DNA of 64,000 nt. It comes from the human T2T-CHM13v2.0 reference genome, Homo sapiens. Shown here one piece after another: positions 1 to 14,122 of the stretch. The stretch lies in the NCBI RefSeq assembly GCF_009914755.1, contig NC_060947.1. One strand, given 5' to 3'. The notes under the pieces are model-generated. The model ran no database searches. It saw nothing but the letters and a program-made list of their open reading frames with translations, and was not told where the DNA came from. Position 1 is the stretch's first letter. Every line of letters begins with the position of its first letter. The position numbers and the translations under genes were made by a program.

Positions 1-1459
1 ATTTTGGCTTCTTTGTTGACATTATAGAAACTCAGTTTAAACAGATAAAATCCTAGTGGGAAATTCTTGAAAGTTGGATTCAAAGTGATTGAGCAGAATT
101 TTGTTTTGCTGGAGGTACAGCAATCATTAGAAAGTGGACAAAAATCAGAGAGTTATTTTGGCAAATACACACACATACATACACAAATACTGTGCTGCAT
201 ATCACACAATTTGAATAGATGCCTTTATTTTACATTATCTTATAATAGTATTTTACTTTATATGCCATGGTAAATGAAAATTATTTGTAAAGTGAAATAA
301 ACCCACCTGTTAGAAAAAAACGGTTGTTGATAATTATTCAAAGTGTATATGTGCCACCAAATGCAGCAAGTTGTTGCTGAACATGCATTTGATCACATCT
401 TCTTATGGAAATAATATTGAATCAGAAGCAAACTTTCAGATTTGATGACATTAATAAGTCTAGTTTGTAATGAACCCTTGTGATAAAGAATCAAATATCT
501 GCTAAGGACCCGAACCAAAATATTTCCTTGGAACACTTTGCGTGACAGTAATAATGTCAATTTGAGTCAGAACAGGACTATGCAAAGATTTAAGGATGTT
601 GGAATATGTTGACTTTCTCATAACTGTTAGAGTAAAATGAGATGTTGCTTAGTGTTAGCTACTGTCCTCAGAAACCAAAAGACAAACACTAAACAAAAAT
701 ATTATCATATTAAGTCTCACCTCAATGATAACAAACTGAGAATGAGATAACATATGTAAAAGCAAGGATCCTTAGGATTTTATTTTTTAAAAGTCAGTTT
801 ATACATGTGTAAGAAATATTTTTTAATCACTTAGATTTTCAATATTCATAAAATACAATGTAGTCCAGTATAACTGTTATGATTTAATTATAATTTCAGA
901 TATAATTTGATAAGAGTAGTATACTATATAGAGATTAATTTGTTTTAGGCATTGTGTGGAGATACCAATATTTTTGGTCAGGTTAATAAGTTTCTTGTGC
1001 TAGATAATTATACATTCTTCTTTAATCACCTGGGCTTTCCTTTTTAGAGTCTTTTTTCTTTTTCCATTGTCAAAAAATGTTGATTAAAAAAATTCTTTAA
1101 AAAATAATCACTCTTTCCAGAACTTTATTATAAAATTACAATCTGTTTATGCTCCAATAAACTGTTAACAATTATAGGTGTCATATTATGTTTAAGTGAT
1201 ATTAATGTTAACACATGAAATATCAAAACCTGAAAATTTAAATTTTAATGTTTATCACTTAAGTATTCTTTTTTTAATGTCACCCAGAAAAGTTACTTTC
1301 CTTAAGATTTTTAAAATCGAATTTTCCTTTTGATGCCCTAAAATTATTTAGAGCTATCAATATTTGCCTTAAAGAAATATACGGACAGGAACACAATTCC
1401 TATATTGTAATGGTCTTTCAGTTAGACTGGAGGAATCAGTTCAAGAAATCTATTTTATG

Positions 1460-1645
1460 TGATAGTGACTGTAGTTAATAACAGTGTGTTGTATACTCGA
1501 AATTTCCTAAGAGTGTATGTAGACTTTAATTGTTCGTACCACAAAAAAATGTAAGTAGGCGAGGCAATATATGTTAATTAGCTTGATTTAGCCATTCCAG
1601 TATGTATACATATTTGAAAACATACAATTTCCATCAAAAAAGCAA
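1460..1645 (+). mobile_element. Old L1 3' end fragment (L1MA/MB-like)
   Basis: Resembles L1M 3'UTR (gtgactgtagttaataac...tatgttaattagcttgattta) followed by an A-rich tail; boundaries approximate. Confidence 0.6.
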
Positions 1646-1784
1646 ATGATAATTTTTAAAAATTCTAATGGTATATATAAACATCAAATACCAGAAAGAA
1701 AACAGGGAATACTGAAAGGACCGGTGCTCATAGTGTCTGTATAAGAAGTATTTCTCATTTCTGTTTCTTCTTTTTTCTCTACAG

Positions 1785-1893
1785 TCTAGATAAACTTTTA
1801 GGGGCTATAACAACAGCAGCAGAAAGAAATAACAGGGAACGATTTTCACCAATTGTGGAAGGTTTAGAAAATCAGGAAGCCTTGCAATTACAG
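1785..1893 (+). CDS. DIAPH2: Diaphanous-related formin 2, internal coding exon (GBD/FH3): LDKLLGAITTAAERNNRERFSPIVEGLENQEALQLQ
   Basis: Polypyrimidine tract + ACAG acceptor ending 1784; CAG|GTGAGT donor at 1894; 109 nt (phase 2 to 0); peptide matches remembered DIAPH2 and joins the next exon in frame. Confidence 0.95.
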
Positions 1894-3139
1894 GTGAGTT
1901 AGTTTTGTCTTAAATTGCTTCTAGAGTTATATTTAGAGTACTCATTTTGTATGACATCAACTCCATTTTAGCTGGCATTTAAGTAGTATGGAATGTAAAA
2001 CTAAAATTTTTTCTGTTGCTAGTTTGTGAGAATTGCAATTTGTTTAAAATTAGGAAAAATACTTTTGAATTATTATAAATGTGGCAGTTATGGCTGTCAT
2101 TGATATTTAGACAAGAATTTAGTAATTAATGTAATAAACCAGGGAAATTGAAGCCTCAGCAGTAACTAAGGTAAAAGGGCAAGCAGTTCAGCCAATGCCA
2201 TTATCCTAACAAGTGTTAGTGAAGTCGGTGGGCTTGTAGAAATGTAAGACAATTAAACACATCTCTCTTTGTGCCATTCAGACAATATTCAAAGGTGTGA
2301 CTCACCAGAATAGAAGGGATTGAATTGCAATTCTTAGGTTAGCGTTAATTTGATAGCCCTGTGTAGACACAACTTACTAAATGCCTTCTTTAGAAAATGA
2401 CAAAACTCACTATCTTTACCTAGATGGTTTCAGGAAATGATCCATTTTATGAATAGCTCTGTTCTTGAGGGATGAGAATGCATATTTATTGGCTGAACTT
2501 ATGGTATGAAGTCCTGCACTAAACATTTTAATTTGCATATATTATTTGATTTAATTCTCACAACAACCTAGATATGAAGGTATTGCTATAGTATCTTTGT
2601 TTTGCTTATGGGACGAATAAGTTGAATGAGATTAAATAACTGGTCTAACGTGACACAGTTTTTAAGTGTCACAGTCGGAATTTGATTCCAGGTTTTTGGT
2701 CTCTGCTAATCTCTCTTTTAGACAATGCATACCATTTAATGTACCATGGAAAATTCTCTGAATTTTTTTTTAGTTCTCATATTGTTGTTCAACAAAGAGA
2801 AGGTAGTTTCCACATTTAATTTTATCAAGCTACTTAGCATCGAATGTTTAACTCTTCAAATTTCTTGCTTGATGTGAAACAAACACAATTAATTTTTTAT
2901 GTATTATGAAGTATTTTTTGTATTATGTATTTTATGTATTATGAAGTATTTGTATTTTTGTTTGCCAGAGTTTGAAACGGCATCAGATAGATGAATTGGC
3001 TTGTCTAAAGAGAATCTGTAATGTTACAAAATTGTAATACCTCTCCAAATGTTGAAGGATCTTTGTTAATCATGACTTCTACTCCAACTATATTGAAAAT
3101 TTTGGATCAACTTTTATGGTGTACTTTTATGTCAAATGT

Positions 3140-3140
<1 letters not shown>

Positions 3141-3179
<39 letters not shown>

Positions 3180-3437
3180 TTAAGATGGAGTCTCACTCTG
3201 TTGCTCAGGCTGGAGTGCGATGGACGTGATCTCAGCTTGCGGCAACCTCTGCCTCCCAAAGCAATTCTCCCTGCCTCAGCCTCCCAAGTAGCTGGGATTA
3301 CAGGCATGCACCACCAAGCCTGGCTAATTTTTTTATTTTTAGTAGAGATGGGGTTTTGCCATGTTGGCCAGGCTAGTTTTGAACTTCTGACCTCAGGTCA
3401 TCCGCCCACTTTGGCCTCCCAAAGTGCTGGGATTATA
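3141..3437 (-). mobile_element. AluS, slightly 5'-truncated, with (TTTA)n tail
   Basis: Antisense Alu consensus (gagtctcactctgttgctcaggctggagtgc...cccaaagtgctgggatta); (TTTA)n at 3141-3182. Confidence 0.92.
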
Positions 3438-5289
3438 TTACATATTTTAAAGATTAGTATATTTTTTCCCAGTGTTTTTTAATAATACATTGTTTCTTAT
3501 AAAATTTAATCTTGATAAAATTTTATACCTCTACTGAAAGGTTGAAAACTGCCTTTTTTAGATGACTTTGAAAGTTTTGTTCATGTTCCTGTGGTTGGGC
3601 TTACCTAACTAAATTTCACTGGTTTTTCAGATATATGTGTATGTTTGTACTTCTCTTCGAAAGTTTGTTGAGTAGGAATGAACTCTTTTATTTATATTCA
3701 AAGTTTTCATTACATTGATATATTTTTAAAATCTTCTTTAAATAAATTTTTAGCTACAACTCTGTGAGTTATGTATTATTACCTCTGGTTTACTGATCAG
3801 GGAATTGAATTGGTGGAAGGCACTCCAAAATCACCCAGCTGTGTAAGGGATAGAGCTGTAATTTGAACCCATGTCTTTGTGATGCCAGAATTTGAATACG
3901 GCATTGCCTATACTTTGAAGGGATGCCTCTGCCAATGAGTAGTTCACCCCAAACAATGAGATGGGAAAGACATTTGCTAGCCTTCAGGAAGCTGGACAGA
4001 ATGGAATGATAAAGTGACAAATTGTTAACAAGTAACATATGGAAGAATCATAGATGTCTTGTTAAGTATTCAATAAATTGTTGAATACTGATTATAGATG
4101 CAAACATATGCAGACCACAATTTAAAATTTCACATTTTAATGAGCTACAAAATTAGTAATTTGTTATATACAAAAACTAGTACTCTCACAAGAATTGTGA
4201 AGTGAGTTTGTTTATTTAGACTATTTAATGTGAATGAAAAGATGTCCTCTAAAAGTTCAAAAATACATGCAGAATACAGAAACAAAAACCCAAAAGTTTA
4301 AATCTGTTGTTTAAAAAATATAATTAGTGTTGTATTTTAACAGAATGACTTTTCTATTTCTGTAGTATCCTGAGACTTCCCAAAATGTTATTACAGTCTC
4401 GGGAAGTAATTTTGTTAAAATACAGGACTAATTATTTTTTAAATAACAACTATATACATTTTCCCCCCTTTTTGGGGTTTTAAAAAAGGTTATTAACTTC
4501 TCACAGATTTTTTTCCCTAGCTTTTAAAGTGAAATTTTGTACCTATGATAGGATTTTCATTATCTTCAGGAGTTCAAGAAATAGGTGGAAGATAAATCGC
4601 ATATCTTCATACACTCTCTCTTCATTGACTTTCCTTCAGCTTAGTAGCATTCTCCGGTCTCTTTTGCAAAGCACAGATTATACACCAGCAGCTTCTTTTG
4701 ATCTGACTTAACCTTCTAACTAGCCTCTTGTCTCTCTTTTTCATTTTAAAGTCCATGCCTCTAGAATAATCCATATTTGTTTTCTATGTTTTCTAAATTA
4801 CCTTTTACAACTCTATTACAGTTCTCAAAAAGATTTACAGTGAGTGACTAATTTCAAAATCCAATGGCCTCTTTCCAATCTTGATCACTTGGCACTATTG
4901 ATCACCTTCTTCCTTGAAAATTTTACTTCCCTTGACTTTCTAGGCACCATTCTCTCCTTTGTTCTCTACCTTTATGGTTTTTTTTTTTTTTTTTCTGTCT
5001 TCCTAATGTATTTCTCCTCCTCTTACTTCCTGGGTATTTTGTTCCCTATGTTCTATCCGTGGTCCTCTTTTAGTATCATTTTATGTACATACATTCATAT
5101 GCACATACACGTATCTACATGTACATGTATATACATACAGACACATACTTTTTTAAACAATTTTGTCCATGAATGTTCTGAATTGCTTATCTAGTTTTAC
5201 AATCCAACTGTGGTAGTGATTCTTCAGATTTATACATCCAGCTCAGTGACTGGTATCATAAAATTAAGAAATTAAAAATAACATTTACA

Positions 5290-5520
5290 ACCCATATGCC
5301 GGACAGTGTTTAAAATACTTTAATATGTTATCCCATTTAAACCTCGCAGCAATTGATTGAGAGAGATAGAAGTATTATCCCCATTTTATAGATAATTAAA
5401 CTGAGGCTCATAAAGGTTAAATAACTTCCCTAGGGTCACAGTGTGAATAGAAGGGAAAGCACAGATTATACACCAGGGAGTCTGGCTATAGATAACGTGC
5501 TTTAACTACTAAGCTGTAAC
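5290..5520 (-). mobile_element. MIR SINE (further degenerate MIRs near 2520-2700, 10360-10520, 11410-11600, 30300-30480, 37900-38130, 47750-47990, 54380-54690, 60190-60340)
   Basis: MIR core attatccccattttatagat...aaactgaggctca...ggttaaataactt...agggtcacag; boundaries approximate. Confidence 0.75.
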
Positions 5521-7870
5521 TCCTTTTATATTAAAACTTAGCTTATATCTCTTTCTGTTAACCTGATTTTTCCTAAGTCTTCTCTTCTTCCTGTGTTTCC
5601 TATTTTCGGTTATAGAGGTATCATCTTCTACCCAATCTTTAATTTTCCTCAACACTTCTTTCTTTTTTGTCCCCTGCATTCATCATCAAGTCTTATTACA
5701 AAGTATAGTATTGACTGTGAATCTAACCCATTCTACTTCCACTGCCTTTATCTTCTCCCACCAATATTATTTCAACAATTTCCTAATTAGTACCCATACT
5801 GACATGTTTTCTCTCCAGACAATACCCTACACTATTGTCAGTTATCTGTAAAAAATGAGTCCAATTCTAATACATTATCATTCTTAAAAATCTATGCTCA
5901 TGACCCATTGCTAACTTTTTCATTGTGGTCCTAACTTAATATTCTGGCCTTTGAGCCTGTCATTCTCCCAAATGTACCATATGTTTGCGCCATACTACAT
6001 TTGGTGTTTCCCAGATATGCTGTAGACTTTTAAATGCTCTCAAACATTTTATCATGCGGAACACTTTGCCTGAAATACCTGTATTTCCCCACCTATATCT
6101 GTTTCTTCTGTGTCTTGCATAAGTCTGGGAAGGCTTCAGTAATGAGGTGATATTTTAACTAGGCCTCGAAGGACAAGTAAGCATTTTTCATAAATTATCT
6201 TTGCTGATAGAGAAGCAGTACTATGGTAGGATGAGAGGTGAAAAGGGCTTCCAGGAGGTAAAATAGAGGCCAGAATAGTCTGGCAGTCACTTCATAAAAA
6301 ACAGTGAGGTAATACCAGCATCCAGTTGAAACTGCTTTCTAGATAGCCAGGTAGGAAAACCTAAGGTATACTGAGCATGAATAATGGTTTATAGAACGGG
6401 AAAGTAGTATAGTTAAAATACAATGATGTACTATCAAAACAGCCCCAGTCTTCACAGGCTGCTGTTAGTTTGAAAGGTGCCATGTTTTTACAATATTTCA
6501 ATATATACAAAGAAGTGGAGTAGCATAATTTAATACATTTAAAAACTGTTTTCTAAGATGCTGAAAATAATAATGAACTCTGCACATTTTGTAATTAGAT
6601 ATGGTACACAAAAACAGAGCTGTAAATATGCCCTTTCCTGATGTGTGATAGCTTCACTTACCCAGTCCTCGCCTATTTAATAGATTTGTCCTTTGGAATA
6701 CAACTGAGAACTAAAAAATAAAACAAAAATTAAATAAAACAATCTGAGCAGCCTACAAATGTCACCAGATCTATCAAGTAAGCCTCATGGTGAGAACGAC
6801 TTTTTGGCCTTTAATGAGAGCCTATTTATTCTCTTTTCATATGTTATCTTTACGAACCCAATTATCTGTTTTACATCCACAGCAGACTAGAAGTGCAGGT
6901 TGGAAGGTTGGGAGAGAGTTTATTCCAGAATCGTACACTGGAATCATCAAGAAGTGACAACTGATAAGCTGGCAGCAGGGGAGGGGTAGATAGAAATGTA
7001 ATAAAAGACTGAAACTGGAATGCAAATGATAACAATAGACTTCACAGAGCGCAGAGGCTAGTAGCCCTGCACACTTCAGTACCTCCCGAGATACTGAGTT
7101 ACACCATACCTCACTAACTCACATATTTAGTGATGACCCTGACTCAACAGGAAATTGTTAAATTATATCTAGTTTATTTTGCGTAAGAATGTGGGAATTA
7201 TATAATTCATTTCAGAGAGTGTCCCATGTGAAACAAGATGTTGATACTTAAATAGATAAACAGATATATGGAACTATCCTATGTGGCTTGATTCTTTCCA
7301 CAGTGGTTCTTGAGTGTTGAGATTTTACTGCAAGCATACTTGTAAATTAGCCATTAATGTACTCAGACCATCACATATGAGGGAGTAGCTTTGGACAAAG
7401 TATTAATCATTTGTCAGTGAAAGTGCATTTATAAGAAAACAAGGCATCGAGGCTTATGAATATGGAGAAAATTTGTGGAAATTAGCATTTATAAAGTGTT
7501 GAATGACTGCTTGATATTACTTAGGAAACTTGTTCTATTTATTGACAGTTTTATATTATTGTCATTTAGAAAATAGATTACTATAATGGGAGGTTGTTTA
7601 GAGATATTTGTACAATGTAGTCATTTTTGGTATTGACACAAAACTAACTTCTGACTTAAAGAAGGATGCCTTTATTTTAAATCTGTTTCAACACTGAATA
7701 ATTGTCAAACCTATCATTTTCAGTAATAGAGGGTTGCCAGTGACCTCCATGATATAAAAAGGAACAGGCTGCTTTTGAAGTCATTATATTAGCTTCCTCA
7801 GCACTATTTGGCACTATTGATCACTCCTTTATCAAAGCTCCCTCCTCCCTTGACTTCCATGATACTAAAC

Positions 7871-8230
7871 TGTATTAGTCCATTCTCACATTGCTATAAA
7901 GAGCTACCTAAGGCTGGGTAATTTATAAAGAAAAGAGGTTTAATTGACTCACAGTTCCACAGGCTGTACAGGAAGCATGACTGGGGAGGCCTCAGGAAAC
8001 GTACAATTGTAGTGGGAGGCGAAGGGGAAGCAGGAGGAAGAGAGAGAAGGGGAAGGTGCTGCACACTTGTAAACAACCAGATCTTATGAGAACTCACTGA
8101 GTATCACAAGAATAGCAAGGGGGAAGACCGCCCCCATGATCCAGTCACCTCCCATCATGCCCCTCCTCCAACACTGAGGATTACAGTTTGACATGAGATT
8201 TGAGTGGGGATACAAATCCAAACCATATCA
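7871..8230 (-). mobile_element. Solo MaLR LTR (MSTA/MSTB-like)
   Basis: Termini TGTATTAGTCC...AAACCATATCA; about 360 bp; flanking 5-mers TAAAC/TAAGC are a probable TSD. Confidence 0.88.
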
Positions 8231-10765
8231 TAAGCTCTCCTTGTTTTTCCTTCACCTATGTTTCATTTAAATTCTCTTATTTCTATGCTTGACCCTTAAA
8301 TTTGCAGATTCCTAGAGCTTGATCCTCAGTCCTTTGGTACTTTGCTTTTCTCATATTGATGATCCTTGGGCAATCGCATCTATCCTCACAGCTTCAATTA
8401 ACTACCACTCATATGTGATGTCTTTATCTGATCTCTTCTCTTCCTCCCAACTCACAGACCCCATATGTTCAGCTGCCTCCTGACTAGATTTCAAATTCAA
8501 TATTGTCCTTAAATATACTTATCTTCCTTTTAAAAAAAATCCTTCTCCCTACTCTAATCCTCTCTCCAGCCTTGACCTGCATTTCTCTTGTATTCCCAAT
8601 CCTGGTTGACCTTAGTATTACCTACCAATTAGCATATAGCAGAAACATACTAGTCATCTTAGAATCTACCCTTACTCCATCTTCCATTCCATTAGTCACC
8701 AGATCCTATCAATTCTATATCCTTAATGTTATATTTCCCTTCCTCGACATGGTATCCTTCTCTCTCCACCCTCACTGCCATTTTTAATTTCAGAGCATTG
8801 TTACATCTCACTGTTTTATCCTTTCCCTATGTTCTATTCTTCATTATGGCCCCGTTTAAATTATCTTCCCCAATGTTGTCTTTCTGAAATGCTTTTCTCA
8901 GAAATGCACTTCAGAATGCTTAAAGTCCAGCATTGGCTTCCCATAGTTCACTGCTTAAAGTCCAACAATGGCTTCCCACAGTCTCCAGAATTGCAGTCTA
9001 GTCCTAGCCCAAACAAAATACTTCATCTGGCTGTTGCTTTCTCTTTCGCCTCATATTCCACCACCCTTCTACATATGTTTTTAGTCTAGTCATATTGTGC
9101 TTTGTTTCCTATAGATTTTATGCTGTTTTATACCTCTACCTTCATACCTTTGTACATGACTTCCGTTGGCTTGGAAAGTACTCCACTTCTCAATTAACTC
9201 GCTCTGTACATTCACATCTTTCTTCTCTCATACTTTGACTTAAATCATCTTTGTTCCTAACTCCTGCTGGGCTAGGATAAAGAAAGACCTTGTTAATGTC
9301 AACAGAGTACTTAATAAGGTCAAGTGTGGAACAGTGTCAATAAAATTTTAAATGTACAATTTGTCACAGATAATGGCAATATGGATAATCTGTCTGAGAA
9401 TGCCCTGGAGTTGTCAATTATTGTACCCCATAGCTCTGTGAATTGTGATTAAATAGATAGATGTTTGTATAGTTTTCAAGCCTGTAAGTTAAAGTCAGTA
9501 AAAGGTTCTAGCATTTTTCCAGTAATTTTATGAAGATATTTGTGTTCAAATATTTCCCTTTCTCTGTCACTTAGGTAAACAACAACAACAAAAAAACTTA
9601 AATTTCTTTTTGTAATGCTATGTCTTATGCCAATAAAATTGGAAATTTTTAAATGTCATTCACTTACTATATTTTAATTATTTTATTTGGGACAGTTAAG
9701 TGTTACAAATAAACCCTAGGCATATACAGATGAGCTTTGCCTTTTGAAAGTTTATCATCTGTTTTATAATATTTCACCCTTTATACCATACCACCCCAGA
9801 ATGAAGACAACAGCATCTGGTGACTAAAGAATGTAGATGATTATTGTAGAAATAAAATAAATTGTTATAGTAAAGGAAGGATCTTAATGTGGTAGAAAAC
9901 TGATAATGATTCAGTGTAGTATATAATTATACATGACATAAATGATTGGATACTTTATCACATGCACAGAACTGGTAGTTTTTAACTATGTATGCTTATG
10001 TATTCATTTAATAGGATATATATGCATCTCATGTTGAAATCTTATGACATCACTGAATGAAAATGCAAATATAGAAACCAATTGTATTTACTAATTAAAC
10101 ATCAGAATTGTGGCCCTAGCATATGTATTAATAATGGAGAAAATTCACTGATTTTTTGTGACTTTAAAATTTTGATCCTCATGGAAGCTGTATTTGTAAC
10201 AATAGATATGGCGGACCATTTTGAAACATAGCCATTATAAAGACACTAAGCAACAGAGCAACTCTGGATAATGGACTTTGTGATATTCAATTCAAGGGCA
10301 TTTGTTTTCTTTCTAAGATCAGGAGAAATGATATCAAGCAAGATTTGTGCGATATAATGTGGTAGAAAAAATGCAAGGCTAAAGGTCAAGAGAGCTGAGT
10401 TCTAGTTGTATCATTGGGGCTTATTAGTTATGTGATCTTGGGCAAATCATCCAATCTTTCTAGGTTTTCAGTTTCTTTACTTTTAAATAGCATATTGGAC
10501 CAGAGTATTTTATGTTCTGTCTAGCTTTAAAATCTCATGATTATTTTCTGTCTCTGGAGTTGAATTTTTTTTTTTTTTTTTGGAAAGCAGATTGATTTTG
10601 CATTGTTAGAGGACAATAGAGTACACTCATCTCTTAAAGATTTATATACTTGGAAGTTGAGCATATGAATTTTGAAATTTTCATTATTCAGCAATGAGTT
10701 TTGTAGTTCTTTGAAGTGAAGGTTTCAGAGATTAGGCCAGATCTCTTTTTTTCTTTAAAATCTCC

Positions 10766-10957
10766 AGTGTAGTGCTATTCAATCAAACTTTCTCCCATGT
10801 TCTATATCCCTGCTATCCAATGTGGTAGCTACTAGCCACATGTGGCTGTTGAACACTGGAACAATGGCTAGTGAAACTGAGCAACTGAATTTTTAATTTT
10901 ATTTAATTGTAATTAAATTAAACTGTGATAAGTAGCTCCCATATAGAATAGCACAGT
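10766..10957. mobile_element. hAT-Charlie MITE (MER3-like)
   Basis: ctagccacatgtggctgttgaacactgg...ggctagtgaaactgagcaactgaatttttaattttattt resembles the remembered MER3 consensus. Confidence 0.65.
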
Positions 10958-13900
10958 ACTGTAGAGCGTGTGTGTGCGTGTATGCATGTGTTCACATGCA
11001 TATACATGCTGAGTGTGGAGTGGGGTGGCAGAAGTAAAGGAGAGGAGTGGTAGACCATTATTTTGGATGATGGGATGCCATTTATACTTTACTGCTCAGG
11101 ATGTACATGAAGTGGAATTTAACCCACTCCAAGAACCATTTTCTACTTTTGCTTTTTTTCTGCATTACATTATATATTATGATAGTCACTATGTGTACTA
11201 GACAACATATTGTTTATATTATTGTATGTTTTTCTAATTAACCTATAGTTTTAAAGCTACATATCCCCAGTATATTAAGCATGTTGCACCAGTTAAATTT
11301 TATCATCTTACCCATCCTTAAAATCTTTTGTTGCGAGAATCTATAAATGGAGTTTATGAGACCTTTGGAATGTGCTGGAAATTATATTTGTAGTAAAATT
11401 ATATCATTTATAGTCATGAGTTTCCTCCTTGCTGTGTGGCCTTATATAAAGTTATTCTATCTGCTTTGAGCCTCCACTTCATCATCTGTAAAATAAGGAT
11501 AACAGTAATACTAATCTTGTGTGGTTTTTATGAAGATGAGATTAGATGGTGAATTATGTAAAGGACCTAATACATTGTCTAATAACTAATAATAATAATG
11601 GTGATAATAGTTTGGGATTTTGTATTTAGCTATGAATTCAGGATACACAGAATGGGTTTGTCATGTTTATAATTAAGTAGTAATATATTCTTCCCTTTAA
11701 GCTAATTTAAATTTAATTTTGTATTTGTAAATAGTGACAATTATTTCAGTTTTGAATTTGAGATATCGTTTCTATTCTCTGAAAAGGGCAGCACTTGTGT
11801 AACGGCATAAAGGAATAGCAAAAATTTAGATGACCTTTTTGTTTTCCACATTCATATTACAATATACATATTTCTGTAAAAGAATATTATTTTATCAGCT
11901 TATGTTGGAAAATGACATGATAGCATGTTTATTCATCTGTTATTTGTAATTAATTAAATATCTATTAGAATATGATATATAATAAATGGTACATTGTTAA
12001 GCCAGTACCTTTACCATTTTAAAACTGACTTCACAATATCTCCTAATTGTTGTGTACTATAGTCAATGGATGGAACGTCTTTGTTTTCATATTAAACTAT
12101 ATGTTCATACATTGTATGTAAAGTGAGTATTTAATATATTGAAACATTATTAAAGTTATATTGATACATTCATTAATTTTATTGACTTTTATTATCTTTA
12201 TTGTCTCCTGATCTGAATACTTTTATTTGTATAAAGATACAATTGCAGGACTCATTAACTTGTTTCTTACAGAAATGTTCTCTTTACTTGTAGGGTATTA
12301 ATACAAGCCATTAAGCTAGAATTTCTTCTGGCAAAAACAATCCTAACAGATGGCAACTTTTCTCTCTATTAATTTTGGATTGGACATGCACTTTGGCTTG
12401 TTTGGTCATGTCATAGTTGTAACATAACAAGAGTCATTCAAGCAAATACAATGATAATATAGCTGTGGACATGTACAGTATGCAAATTTATAGCCTAGCC
12501 TATCAAAACTATTTAAAGATTTACATGATTTCCTGTTGTAAATAGGAAGGTTAAGTAATCCATTAAAGCATAAGCTTCATACTAACTTATCTGGTATGTC
12601 TTTAAAGGTAATGCCAAATGTATGGCAAATATTTAGTCAGTTGCCTAAGTGTTTTATCTTGATACTTGAATGTTCATAGAAATTAGACTATATTGTTGTA
12701 TCATTCAGATATCTGGTCATGTTAGAAACAACCTTAATCAGCCCTTTTAAAGCATGTAACTTTTGATTTTTGGACATAGATGTGAGGCAGATAGGCTAAT
12801 CTCCCAAAAAGCAACTTAAATATATAAGATACAGATTCAAAAGTAAAGCATACCTTTTAATCTCTTCTCCCTATTTTGGAAAAAATAACTCTATCATAAT
12901 AGATCTGTAGATGTCAAGTCAAAATACATTTGAAATATTTGTCTTTCGGTAATATATTTTTCCCATGCTAACTATTAATTTATTTGTGTCTGCTTCTATA
13001 AATACTTAGTATCTTTATATAATATGTTTTTTTCCGAGGATTCCCCTTGTAGTTTGCCCTTTGAGCACTCTTCTACTCATTGCATTCTTTAAAAATAAAA
13101 AAATAATAAATTTAAATGGCATCTTTTCAGTTAAACAATTAGCCAGTTACCTTAGATTTGAGCAGCATTTTCCAAAAATGCTACTTAGGAATAATTTATG
13201 GAATACCTGGCACTTAGCATTTTGTTGATTCCCTTCTAGATTAAAATTACCAGCAAATAAGTTCCTTTTTATAATAGGGAATCTCAAAATCAGAAGGTAA
13301 GAAAAGCAAAACTCATTTTTCGGTATCAATATATTTAATCAAATACTTTACTTGAAAACAAGCTCTTACATATGCTTTATTATGAAATGTGCATTAGTAT
13401 TAGTCTCCCAGTGCCTTCTAATTGATCTTAATTCACTTCGATTATTTTTTCAAACCTAGTAAATTAATTCATCTTAATTATATATTTTAATACTTTATAT
13501 ATTTTGTACAAATCATCCCATTAAGAGGATGGAGAGAGTTTAAATCAATGTAATAATTTATCTAAGTTATCACTGTTCCCTGTTTAATATTAGGGTACTT
13601 TTATATCTTTGATTTATTTTAGAAGTGTTTATAACCCTGTAGAATTGAGGCCAAGTGTACTGTGAGGACCACTGGACATGAAAGATACATTTTGTGATCT
13701 TTTCAAAGGGCTCTGTCTGCCCACTTTTGCAATTTGGGTTTTTCAGAGGGAGTTTAATATTTCTTCATATTATTTTTAAAAGCATAACATACTTGGTCAT
13801 CACATCTTTGTTAGAATTATTTTGGACATTATACACTTTGTCGTTAATTTTATTGTTTATAATTAAAGTCATAATCATTATACTTCTAGAAATATTTGCA

Positions 13901-14011
13901 TTTCTTATTTTATCATTATGTGTGTATGCCTTTAGTGAATATATTATCTTAATGCATTATTTCATTAATTTAATGTGTTTTTTTAAAACAAAATTTGCTT
14001 TCTAATTGCAG

Positions 14012-14122
14012 GTGGCCTGCATGCAGTTTATAAATGCCCTTGTCACTTCTCCTTATGAGCTTGATTTTCGAATACATTTAAGGAATGAATTCCTCCGTTC
14101 AGGACTAAAAACAATGTTACCA
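14012..14122 (+). CDS. DIAPH2: DIAPH2 coding exon (FH3): VACMQFINALVTSPYELDFRIHLRNEFLRSGLKTMLP
   Basis: TTGCAG acceptor, CCA|GTAAGT donor, 111 nt phase 0/0; typical FH3 motif (MQFINAL...DFRIHLRNEF). Confidence 0.96.

Noticed and set aside
3021-3482. 153-aa ORF and similar LECSG/PASAS ORFs (23003, 31684, 35788, 51466, 61012)
   Set aside because: Alu-derived reading frames
12240-12620. Repeat-free stretch with acceptor-like sites (cttacag, cttgtag) that might be a cryptic exon
   Set aside because: No DIAPH-like peptide or convincing paired donor; the flanking exons already join in frame, and conservation cannot be judged from this sequence
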